Assembly (NCBI GenBank): GCA_947482665.1
Contig: CANKJK010000006.1
Location: 144,651-208,650 of the forward strand
Direction of reading: 5' to 3'
Origin: Acidobacteriota bacterium
GTDB lineage: Bacteria > Acidobacteriota > Vicinamibacteria > Vicinamibacterales > UBA2999
Length of the DNA stretch: 64,000 nt
The translations under genes and the position numbers were made by a program. A model generated the notes under the pieces. That model searched no databases, was not told the origin of the DNA, and worked only from the letters and a program-made list of their open reading frames with translations. Each line of letters begins with the position of its first letter. Position 1 is the first letter of the stretch. This document shows positions 17,924-26,131 of this stretch, one piece after another.

Positions 17924-19249
17924 ATGCTGACTGAAACCACTGGTCCCGCTTCGCTCACGGCGCTGCATCTCGCACTCGGGATGTTCAGACGCCATCGCGC
18001 TGCGGGGCGCAGCTGGTTCAGTCCGTTCGTGTTGCCGTCGTTTCTCTTCATCCTGGTTCCGTGGGTCTGGCCTACACCGGCGGGTCTCGCCGCAGGAGTG
18101 GCCGCACATCTGTTGTGGCTGCTGCTGTGTGAACGCATGGCGCCCACCCCGAAGCACCTGACTCCCGCGCCGGAGGCACACATGCACGCGCCGACTCCCA
18201 GCGTCAGGCCCGTGCCCGCGCCTCCCACCTCTGGCTTCACGCCCGTCTCCGTGCTGGCGGTGCTCGAGGAAGCACCGGGCATCAAGACCTTCCGCCTGGC
18301 GCGACCGGCGGGCTTCGACTTCCTCCCAGGCCAGTGCGTACCAGTCCGCGTCCAGATTGACGGGCGACCTCACGTGCGCTGCTACTCCATCAGCTCAGCG
18401 CCGGACGTGGCCGGCTACATCGAAATCTCTGTCAGGCGTCAGGGGCTCGTCTCCGGCGCCCTGCACGGCACCCTCCGGTCCGGCTCGACGCTGACCATCG
18501 GCCACCCCGCTGGGGCGTTCACCTATCCCGCCGGGGATGACCGCCCGTTGGCGCTCGTGGCCGGAGGCATCGGCATTACGCCGCTGCTCTCTATGGCGCG
18601 ACATGCCATCGCGGCCCAGCCGTCCCGTCCACTGACGCTCCTCTACTCGGTGCGGGGTGAAGGGGACGTCGCCTTCCGCAGTGACCTGCAGCTCCTCGCC
18701 GAGCGGCACCCACAGGTCCGCGTGGTCATCACGCTGTCGGACCAGCCCGACTCAGTACGGTTCCGCGCGGGCCGCATCGACGCCGACCTGCTCCGGCAGC
18801 ATGTGCCCGCGGCCACCGACACGCTCTTCTACCTGTGCGGCCCGGAGCCGATGATCCAGGCCCTGCGCGGCGTACTCATGGGCATCGGCGTCCCGGACGG
18901 CCAGATCCGGTTCGAGCGGTTCGACATGGCGATCGCGGCCGCCCTGGTCAACGACGCGGACGGTCCGGTCTCATCGCCCAAGGCGTCCGCGACGGTCCAG
19001 GTCACCTTCGGTGCAAGCCACCGCACAGTGGCCGCGTCCTGTTCGCGCACGCTGCTGGAAACCGCGGAGGACGCCGGCGTGGCGCTGCCGTCGATCTGCC
19101 GGTCGGGCGTGTGCCTCTCCTGCCGCACCCGGCTGACGTCCGGCACGGCGGACTGCCGCTCCGATGTGCTGGATGCAGCGGACCGCGCGGCCGGATTCGT
19201 GCTGCCGTGCGTCACCCGCCCGACGAGCGACTGCGTCCTGGAGGTCTGA
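17924..19249 (+). CDS. membrane-anchored ferredoxin-NAD(P)+ reductase-family flavoprotein with C-terminal plant-type [2Fe-2S] domain
   Basis: Two N-terminal hydrophobic helices, FAD motif RCYSISS, NAD(P)H motif LVAGGIGITPLLSM, CGP motif YLCGPEPM, and the C-terminal pattern CRSGVCLSCR...LPC (C-x4-C-x2-C...C). The start is uncertain (ATG 17924 preferred; ATG 17876 or 17747 possible). Confidence 0.75.
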   Translation: MLTETTGPASLTALHLALGMFRRHRAAGRSWFSPFVLPSFLFILVPWVWPTPAGLAAGVAAHLLWLLLCERMAPTPKHLTPAPEAHMHAPTPSVRPVPAPPTSGFTPVSVLAVLEEAPGIKTFRLARPAGFDFLPGQCVPVRVQIDGRPHVRCYSISSAPDVAGYIEISVRRQGLVSGALHGTLRSGSTLTIGHPAGAFTYPAGDDRPLALVAGGIGITPLLSMARHAIAAQPSRPLTLLYSVRGEGDVAFRSDLQLLAERHPQVRVVITLSDQPDSVRFRAGRIDADLLRQHVPAATDTLFYLCGPEPMIQALRGVLMGIGVPDGQIRFERFDMAIAAALVNDADGPVSSPKASATVQVTFGASHRTVAASCSRTLLETAEDAGVALPSICRSGVCLSCRTRLTSGTADCRSDVLDAADRAAGFVLPCVTRPTSDCVLEV

Positions 19250-19252
19250 CGG

Positions 19253-20152
19253 ATGGCTCGCGGCACTCCATCGGCACGCGCCTTCAACGCACTGGCGTTC
19301 GCGGGACTCTTCTGCGCGGTGGCGGTTCCGCTGGTGTTGTTCACCTTCGGAGGATGGGAGTACTACCGGGCACCGATTGGCACGCGCGGCTACATGGAGG
19401 CCCATGCCCTGCTCCGGCCCTCAGGCACGATCGGCCTTCCGCTGGGCATCGCCGGTGCCGTCGCGATGTTCTGCACGTTGCCCTACGCAGCCCGGAAGCG
19501 CTCACGCCTGCTCGCCAGGTTTGGCTCCATGCCACGGTGGCTGGAGGTCCACATCTTCTTCGGGACGGTCGGCCCCGTGCTCGTGACGCTGCACACCTCC
19601 TTCAAGTTCAACGGCGTCATTTCGGTCGGCTACTGGCTGATGGCCGCGGTGTGGTCCTCCGGATTCGTGGGGCGCTATCTCTACGTCCGCATCCCGAAGA
19701 CGCTCAGGGGCATTGAGCTGTCCCAGGAGGAGATGAAGGCCGAGATGGCCGAGGCGGACGCGGCGCTGGCCGCCATGGACCTCCCGCCGGATGCGCGGAC
19801 GGCGCTGGATGCGTTCACGCGGGCTGCGTCACCGCAGGACGGCCGCGCCCCTGGGATCGTCGATCTCTTCTTCGGGGAGCTCGCCGTCCGCATCCGCCTG
19901 TTCACGATGCGCAGCCGCCTGCGCGCGGCAGGGGTAGACCTCGCGGTGCTGGACACGGCCGTGGCCAGCGCCACCAGCCGCGCGATCCTGGCGCGCCGGG
20001 TGGCACACCTTCGGCGCACCCGGCAACTCTTCGGTCTGTGGCACGTCTTCCACCGGCCGCTGGTCTACGCGATGTTCGTGATCGTCGGGCTGCACGTGGG
20101 CATCGCCATCTACCTGGGTTACGCCCAGCTGCTGGGATTGGGGGCGCCGTGA
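19253..20152 (+). CDS. polytopic membrane protein with two intramembrane His pairs (putative di-haem b, ferric-reductase-domain-like)
   Basis: About five TM helices. TM3 WLEVHIFFGTVGPVLVTLHTSF has two His 14 residues apart, and the last TM LWHVFHRPLVYAMFVIVGLHVGI also has a pair 14 apart. Only 3 nt separate it from the upstream gene. Its stop overlaps the next gene's start (GTGA). Confidence 0.45.
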   Translation: MARGTPSARAFNALAFAGLFCAVAVPLVLFTFGGWEYYRAPIGTRGYMEAHALLRPSGTIGLPLGIAGAVAMFCTLPYAARKRSRLLARFGSMPRWLEVHIFFGTVGPVLVTLHTSFKFNGVISVGYWLMAAVWSSGFVGRYLYVRIPKTLRGIELSQEEMKAEMAEADAALAAMDLPPDARTALDAFTRAASPQDGRAPGIVDLFFGELAVRIRLFTMRSRLRAAGVDLAVLDTAVASATSRAILARRVAHLRRTRQLFGLWHVFHRPLVYAMFVIVGLHVGIAIYLGYAQLLGLGAP

Positions 20153-21993
20153 GTTCCGTGCCGCGCCCGCGCCACCGTCTGACGAGGCTGACGATCGCTG
20201 TGGTGGCACTGGCCTGCCTGCTGGGCCCGCGCGCCGCGTTCGCGCAACTCGGGGCGCTGGTGTCGCCAGGCCGGCTCCATCGGACGCATGCGGCCCTCGA
20301 GGGCCTCGACAAGTGCCTGCAGTGCCACTCGAAGGGGCGCCAGGTGTCTGTCGAGAAGTGCCTCTCCTGCCACAAGCCCGTGGCCGAACGCATCGCCCTG
20401 AAGAAGGGCATCCACCGTGCGGCAGCCGGGGACTGCGTGCGGTGCCACGTGGAGCATGCCGGAGCGGATAGTCAACTGCGGCCCTTCGATCAATCGAAGT
20501 TCGATCACGCCCGCGACACGGGCTGGGCCATCGACGGCCTCCACGCACCACTGGCGGCCAAGTGCGTGACCTGTCACAAGGAGCGTTCGTTCCTGACAGC
20601 GGGGACGACGTGCATCTCGTGCCATGCGGATCCGCACAAGCCATCCCTCGGCGCACAGTGCACGACGTGTCACAGCACGAGCGCGAAGTTCAAGGCCGCC
20701 ACCGAAACATTTGATCACGCGCGCGCGAGGTTCCGGCTCTCCGGGGCGCATGCCAAGGCGGCGTGCACCGCGTGCCACGTCAAGGGTCAATACAAGGGCG
20801 TCGCCTTCGAGACCTGCGCAAGCTGCCACAAGGACCCGCACCAGTCGCGGATGGGCACCGCCTGCCAGTCCTGCCATTCGGACACCTCGTGGCGGACGGG
20901 CAAGCTCGATCACGCCAGGACGGCCTTCCCCCTGCGCGGCAAGCACGCGGCCGTGGACTGCGTGAAGTGCCACGTCAAGCCGGCGGCGGTCGTAAAAGTG
21001 CGGGCAGACACGTGTGCGGTGTGCCACACGGACCCGCACCAGGGCGGATTCAAGCAGGACTGCGTGGCCTGCCACACGGAGACGACCTTCCAGAAGGGCA
21101 CGTTCGACCACGGCACCACGAAGTTCGCGCTGGCCGACAAGCATGGGGGCCTCACCTGCGTGACGTGCCACAAGGCCGTGCAGGGGAAGAACCTGGACTA
21201 CCGGGGCCTGAAGACCACGTGCGTCTCATGCCACGCGGACGTGCATCAGGGCGAGCTGGGCGCCACCTGTGAGAGTTGCCACTCGGCCAGGACGTGGGAC
21301 GTCAAGGCCTACACGCACCTCAAGCCGCGTAGCTTCTTTGATGGACGCCACCAGCCGTTGACCTGCACGCAGTGCCATCCCAGCACGCTGCAGCCCACGC
21401 GGACCTCCGCGGCGGTGCCCGCCTTGCGCGTCGGCTTCCCGGGAACGGCCACGGCCTGCGTGGCGTGCCACCAGGATGTGCATCTGGGCCAGCTCAAGAC
21501 GGACTGCGAGCGGTGCCACACGATCGACACACCGAAGTTTGCCGTCGCGGTGTTTGACCATGGCCGCACGGCGTTTCCGCTCACAGGGAAACACGGCCCC
21601 GTGAAGTGCGAGGGGTGCCACAAGACCGAGACCGGCGCCTTCCCGTCCGGCCATGGTTCGGCGCGGAAGTTCACTGGCGTCGGCACAGCCTGCGTGGCCT
21701 GCCATGTGGATCCCCACGCCGGGCAACTCGATCGCGCCTGCGAGACCTGCCACACCGTCGACCGCTTTACGCTGCCGGCCTACGTGCATCGGAACGCGAA
21801 GGGACTCAAGAGCTTCTTCTCGGGCCAACACGCTTCCGCGAAGTGCGCGGCGTGTCACAAGCCATCGCCCGCGGACCGCCCTGACAGGCGGGTGCTGGCC
21901 AGCTACGCCACCGTCACGACGTGCACGTCGTGCCACACCGACATTCACCGCGGCGCGCTCGGGCCCGCCTGCAGCAATTGTCACAAGCCATGA
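20149..21993 (+). CDS. multihaem cytochrome c, 24 CXXCH motifs (eight c7/c3-like triheme modules)
   Basis: GTG 20149 overlaps the upstream TGA. Signal peptide ..LLGPRAAFAQ. I counted 24 CXXCH by eye, with a recurring unit FDH..F.L.G.H...CxxCH...CxxCH.D(P/V)H....G..CxxCH. Confidence 0.9.
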   Translation: MSSVPRPRHRLTRLTIAVVALACLLGPRAAFAQLGALVSPGRLHRTHAALEGLDKCLQCHSKGRQVSVEKCLSCHKPVAERIALKKGIHRAAAGDCVRCHVEHAGADSQLRPFDQSKFDHARDTGWAIDGLHAPLAAKCVTCHKERSFLTAGTTCISCHADPHKPSLGAQCTTCHSTSAKFKAATETFDHARARFRLSGAHAKAACTACHVKGQYKGVAFETCASCHKDPHQSRMGTACQSCHSDTSWRTGKLDHARTAFPLRGKHAAVDCVKCHVKPAAVVKVRADTCAVCHTDPHQGGFKQDCVACHTETTFQKGTFDHGTTKFALADKHGGLTCVTCHKAVQGKNLDYRGLKTTCVSCHADVHQGELGATCESCHSARTWDVKAYTHLKPRSFFDGRHQPLTCTQCHPSTLQPTRTSAAVPALRVGFPGTATACVACHQDVHLGQLKTDCERCHTIDTPKFAVAVFDHGRTAFPLTGKHGPVKCEGCHKTETGAFPSGHGSARKFTGVGTACVACHVDPHAGQLDRACETCHTVDRFTLPAYVHRNAKGLKSFFSGQHASAKCAACHKPSPADRPDRRVLASYATVTTCTSCHTDIHRGALGPACSNCHKP

Positions 21994-24074
21994 CGAGGGC
22001 CACCATGACGCGCCTGCTCCGTCTTCTCACGTTGCTGTCCGGCGTCTGGCTGATGGCTGCGCCAGCGTCAGCGCAGTTCGACACGCCGAATCGCCAGTTC
22101 CACGACAAAACCACCTTCCGGCTCGAGGGTAAGCACCTCTCGACGCCCTGTGCGTCCTGCCACCTGAACGAGGTGTACAAGGGCACGCCGCGGCAGTGTG
22201 TCGACTGCCATTGGGTCCGCCGGCAGGATGACCGGTTCAAGCTCCAACTCGGCCGCCAGTGCGAGCAGTGCCACCGGCCCACGGCGTGGACAGGCGCGCG
22301 GTTCGACCATGCCGCCTTGACGTCCATGCCACTCGGCGGCGCGCACCGGCAACTGGCCTGTCAGACCTGCCACAAGAACGGCGACTTCCGCGGCGTACAG
22401 GGTGGCGGCTGCGTGAGTTGTCATCTGAAGGACTACCAGGCGGCCCGCACGCCGAACCACGTCACCGCTGCGTTCCCCACGACCTGCGAGGTCTGCCACC
22501 GGGTCAATGACACCTCATTCCACCAGGCTGGGTTCAACCACGCGGCGGCGTTTCCCCTGGTCGGCCCGCACGCCACGCAGACCTGCGCGGCCTGCCACGC
22601 CAACGGCGTCTACAAGGGCACGGCCCGCGACTGTGTGGGCTGCCACCGCACGGACTACAACCGGACCACGACCCCGAATCACGCCGCCGCTGGCTTCTCG
22701 ACCGACTGCCAGTCGTGCCACAAGGCGACAGAAAGCAGTTTCCGCGGGGCCGGGTTCAACCACACGGCCGTCTTCGCGCTCGTTGGCCAGCACGCGACGC
22801 AGACCTGCACGGCCTGTCACGTCAACAACGTCTACAAGGGCACGGCCCGCGACTGCGTGGGCTGCCACCGCACAGCCTACGACCGGACCACCACGCCCAA
22901 TCACGCCGCCGCCGGCTTCTCGACCGACTGTCAGTCGTGCCATAAGGCGACTGAGAGCAGCTTCCGCGGGGCCGGGTTCAACCACGCGGCCGTCTTCGCG
23001 CTGGTTGGCCAGCACGCCACGCAGACCTGCACGGCCTGCCACATCAACAACGTCTACAAGGGCACGGCGCGCGACTGCGTGGGCTGCCACCGCACGGCCT
23101 ACGACCGGACCACCACGCCCAATCACGCCGCGGCCGGCTTCTCCACCGACTGTCAGTCGTGCCATAAGGCGACGGACAGCAGCTTCCGCGGCGCGAGCTT
23201 CAATCACGCAGCCGTCTTCCCCTTGGTCGGCCAGCACGCCTCACAGACGTGCACCGCCTGCCACGTCAACAGCGTCTTCAAAGGCACGGCCCGCGACTGC
23301 GTGGGTTGTCACCGAGCCGCCTACAACAAGACGAGTGCGCCCAATCACGCCGCCGCTGGCTTCTCCACCGACTGTCAGTCGTGCCATAAAGCGACGGACA
23401 GCAGCTTCCGCGGCGCAAGCTTCAATCACGCGGCCGTCTTCCCCCTGGTTGGCCAGCACGCGACGCAAACCTGCGCGGCCTGCCACGCCAACGGCGTCTA
23501 CAAGGGCACCGCACGCGACTGCGTGGGTTGTCACCGCTCGGTCTACGACAAGACCAGCGCGCCCAATCACGCCGCCGCCGGCTTCTCCACCGACTGTCAG
23601 TCGTGCCACAAGGCGACGGACAACAGCTTCCGCGGCGCGAGCTTCAATCACGCGGCCGTCTTCCCCCTGGTTGGCCAGCACGCCTCGCAGACCTGCACCG
23701 CCTGTCACGCCAACGGCGTCTACAAGGGCACCGCCCGTGACTGCCTCGGCTGTCACCGCTCGAAGTACGACCGGACCAGCTCGCCGAATCACGCCGCCGC
23801 CGGCTTCTCCACCGACTGTCAGTCGTGCCACAGGGCCACCGACTCGTCGTGGGGACAGGGCACCTTCAATCACCGGTTCCCGATCGCATCCGGGCGCCAC
23901 AAGGCGCCGTGCTCGAGCTGCCATCAGAGCGGCACGGCCTACGCCAACTTCACCTGTCTGACGTGCCATGAGCATGCCCAGGCGTCGATGGATAGCAAGC
24001 ATCGAGGCCGCAATGGTTATCGCTATGAGTCACGCGCCTGTTACAGCTGCCACCCGACCGGGCGCGGCGACTAG
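21990..24074 (+). CDS. multihaem cytochrome c, 27 CXXCH motifs (nine triheme modules, six near-identical)
   Basis: ATG 21990 overlaps the upstream TGA (ATGA). Signal peptide ..WLMAAPASAQ. I counted 27 CXXCH by eye, with unit FNH..F.LVGQH...CxACH.N.VYKGTARDCVGCHR..Y..T..PNHAAAGFSTDCQSCH. Confidence 0.9.
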   Translation: MTRATMTRLLRLLTLLSGVWLMAAPASAQFDTPNRQFHDKTTFRLEGKHLSTPCASCHLNEVYKGTPRQCVDCHWVRRQDDRFKLQLGRQCEQCHRPTAWTGARFDHAALTSMPLGGAHRQLACQTCHKNGDFRGVQGGGCVSCHLKDYQAARTPNHVTAAFPTTCEVCHRVNDTSFHQAGFNHAAAFPLVGPHATQTCAACHANGVYKGTARDCVGCHRTDYNRTTTPNHAAAGFSTDCQSCHKATESSFRGAGFNHTAVFALVGQHATQTCTACHVNNVYKGTARDCVGCHRTAYDRTTTPNHAAAGFSTDCQSCHKATESSFRGAGFNHAAVFALVGQHATQTCTACHINNVYKGTARDCVGCHRTAYDRTTTPNHAAAGFSTDCQSCHKATDSSFRGASFNHAAVFPLVGQHASQTCTACHVNSVFKGTARDCVGCHRAAYNKTSAPNHAAAGFSTDCQSCHKATDSSFRGASFNHAAVFPLVGQHATQTCAACHANGVYKGTARDCVGCHRSVYDKTSAPNHAAAGFSTDCQSCHKATDNSFRGASFNHAAVFPLVGQHASQTCTACHANGVYKGTARDCLGCHRSKYDRTSSPNHAAAGFSTDCQSCHRATDSSWGQGTFNHRFPIASGRHKAPCSSCHQSGTAYANFTCLTCHEHAQASMDSKHRGRNGYRYESRACYSCHPTGRGD
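22533..23864 (+). repeat. six tandem 222-bp (74-codon) repeats inside the 27-haem cytochrome gene
   Basis: The TTCAACCAC / TTCAATCAC (FNH) codons that open each unit occur at 22533, 22755, 22977, 23199, 23421 and 23643, exactly 222 nt apart. Long identical nucleotide runs are shared between units. Confidence 0.9.
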
Positions 24075-24092
24075 GACGAGGAGGAACACGCC

Positions 24093-25412
24093 ATGATGCG
24101 CGACCGCTTTCACTGGCTGGCACTCGGGATGACCCTTGGTCTGGCCGCGCCGCTCTGGGCACAGTCCGCACCGCGCCCTGACGCCCGCATCTCGTTCTTT
24201 TTCACCACGGCACGACGGAGCCCTGAGGGCGGGCCGGCACACAACGATGCCGACTTCGCGACCTCCTTTACGTTCAGGACACCGGACCAGGATGCGCCCG
24301 GTCTCGACGCGGGGATCGATATGCGCCACACGGCCTACACGGTCACCGGTCGGCCGCAGCGGATCTCGCTCTACAACCTCTTCGCCGGTGCCCGGCTCGG
24401 GGATCGGGGGCAGGTTCGCGTCCGGGCAGGCCATCTCTGGCTGCCGGACCTGGGCACGGCGGGCGCACTGGCCGGAGGCCTGGCCGAATATCGCAGCCAG
24501 CCGGCCGGGGCGAAGAGCCGACTGGTGACGGGCATCTTCGCCGGGGCAGAGCCCCTCGGGTATGAAGCGGGCTACGCGCCAGGAGTCCGGAAGTTCGGCG
24601 GCTATGCCGCGCTCGAGAGCGGGTTCCTCCGTCGGCATGTGATCGGCTTCGCGAACATCTCGCAGGCAGGCATCACCCAACGGTCGCTGCTGACCGTGAC
24701 CAACTACCTCCCCGCGGGGAAATCCTTCTTTGCCTACCAGGCCCTGGAGTACGACCTGCGCGGGCCGGCCAACGGCGCGGCCACGGGCGGTCTCTCCTAC
24801 TTCCTCGTCAACGCCCGTCAGTCCGCGGGCTCAAAAGTGGAGGTGCAGGGCACCTACAATCGCGGGCGCTCACTCGATGTCCGGCGCCTGGCCGACGACG
24901 TCCTCAATGGCCGCGCGCTCACACCCCAGGCGGTCGACGGTCTCCGCTACGAAAGCGCGGGAGGCCGGGTGAGCGTGAAGGCCTGGCCGCACGTTGAGGT
25001 CTACGCGGGATACGCGCGCGACCGCAATAACAGGGATGACGCCCCGACCGGCCGCCTGACCGTTGGCGGCTACGGCTCGAACCTCTTCGGCGCGGGGCTC
25101 GACATCTCCGCGTCGGACGCACGGATTGATCGGCCCACCGGCCCCTACCACTCACGCTACGTCTCGGTTGGCCGGGCCATGGGCCGGTCGCTCTACGTGT
25201 CGGGCGACTACTCGACGTCACTGGCCGTCGTGCGCTTCCTCCGGAGCGACGGGGTCACCATCGAGACGCGCCCCTGGTCTCGGCGGGTCTCCGGCAGCAT
25301 CTCGGCCACACTCACCCGACAGCTCTCCCTCACCGGCGTCGTCGATGTCACCCGCGATGCGGACATGACCGACGTGCGCATGATGACCGGACTCTCCTAT
25401 CGCTTCAGGTAG
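24093..25412 (+). CDS. putative outer-membrane beta-barrel protein
   Basis: GAGGAGGA ribosome-binding site and signal peptide ..GLAAPLWAQ. There are many short alternating hydrophobic/polar strands with aromatic girdle residues. The C-terminus ..MMTGLSYRFR is barrel-like. Confidence 0.55.
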   Translation: MMRDRFHWLALGMTLGLAAPLWAQSAPRPDARISFFFTTARRSPEGGPAHNDADFATSFTFRTPDQDAPGLDAGIDMRHTAYTVTGRPQRISLYNLFAGARLGDRGQVRVRAGHLWLPDLGTAGALAGGLAEYRSQPAGAKSRLVTGIFAGAEPLGYEAGYAPGVRKFGGYAALESGFLRRHVIGFANISQAGITQRSLLTVTNYLPAGKSFFAYQALEYDLRGPANGAATGGLSYFLVNARQSAGSKVEVQGTYNRGRSLDVRRLADDVLNGRALTPQAVDGLRYESAGGRVSVKAWPHVEVYAGYARDRNNRDDAPTGRLTVGGYGSNLFGAGLDISASDARIDRPTGPYHSRYVSVGRAMGRSLYVSGDYSTSLAVVRFLRSDGVTIETRPWSRRVSGSISATLTRQLSLTGVVDVTRDADMTDVRMMTGLSYRFR

Positions 25413-25417
25413 CCCCC

Positions 25418-26092
25418 ATGTGCATGCTTCGGATCATTCGCGTCTGCTCTCTGGCCGCCCTGGCGGCCATGCCGCTCCTGGCCCGCACGGCCGGGGCACA
25501 GTCCGCTCCCCCTCACGGCGCCAGCAACGCCACACAGATGGTGCGCGCCGCGGGCATGCCCCTCAATGACGGAACCCTTCCTCCTGGCTCCCTGACGGTC
25601 CGCGTGGTGGCCGGAGCCTTCACCGGCGACCTGCGCGGCATCAGCGTCGCACTCGCCGTAGAAGGAGCGCCCGTGCAACGGGCGCTGACCGGCGAGAAGG
25701 GCCGGGCCGAGTTTGCGCACCTGCCGGTGGGTTCGCGGGTTCGAGTATCGACTGTCGTCGGCTCGGAGCCGTTGCAGTCCGAGCTCTTCCCGATGCCTGC
25801 GGAGAGCGGCGTGCGCATCCTGCTGGTGGCGCAAGGCAGCGCCGAGGGCGGCGAGGCTGGCGCCACACCCTCTCTCCCGCTCCCGGCACCGGCCACCTCG
25901 CCCGCGGCACCGGGTGCACCCGCACCAACGGTTCCTGGCCCAGTCGCTGGCCACACCACGGGAGACATATTGATCGTGGCGTTCTTCGGACTCGCCACGC
26001 TCGTCGCGGCGGTCCTGTTTCTGCGCCGGCGCCCGCGCCGCACTCCCGCCGGCACAACGACGCACCACGACACGGCGGCCCCACCGTCGTGA
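25418..26092 (+). CDS. secreted CarboxypepD_reg-like (Ig/prealbumin-fold) domain protein with Pro/Ala-rich linker and C-terminal TM anchor
   Basis: Signal peptide ..ARTAGAQ. Domain block GSLTVRVV..G..L.GISVAL...TGEKGRAEFAHLPVGSRVRV. Linker PSLPLPAPATSPAAPGAPAPTVPGP. TM ILIVAFFGLATLVAAVLFL followed by RRRPRR. Confidence 0.5.
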   Translation: MCMLRIIRVCSLAALAAMPLLARTAGAQSAPPHGASNATQMVRAAGMPLNDGTLPPGSLTVRVVAGAFTGDLRGISVALAVEGAPVQRALTGEKGRAEFAHLPVGSRVRVSTVVGSEPLQSELFPMPAESGVRILLVAQGSAEGGEAGATPSLPLPAPATSPAAPGAPAPTVPGPVAGHTTGDILIVAFFGLATLVAAVLFLRRRPRRTPAGTTTHHDTAAPPS

Positions 26093-26109
26093 TCGGGACG
26101 CGCCCTCGT

Positions 26110-26131
26110 CCTGCCTCCTGAGGAAGGCAGG
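26110..26131 (+). terminator. possible hairpin terminator after the cytochrome operon
   Basis: CCTGCCT..CC-TGA-GG.AGGCAGG forms a 7+2 bp stem with one bulge, 18 nt after the stop codon. There is no T-tract. Confidence 0.3.

Noticed and set aside
22507-23961. A 484-aa Pro/Thr/Arg/Ala-rich ORF in a second plus-strand frame inside the 27-haem cytochrome gene.
   Set aside because: It is produced by the stop-free 222-bp tandem repeat. It has no start context or motifs, whereas the overlapping frame carries 27 CXXCH motifs and a signal peptide.
17342-26131. The cytochrome operon sits directly downstream of tRNA-Lys and could be a tRNA-integrated genomic island.
   Set aside because: I found no integrase or recombinase gene, no mobility genes, and no direct repeat of the tRNA 3' end downstream when reading by eye. 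Horizontal acquisition cannot be excluded without compositional and comparative analysis, but there is no positive evidence.
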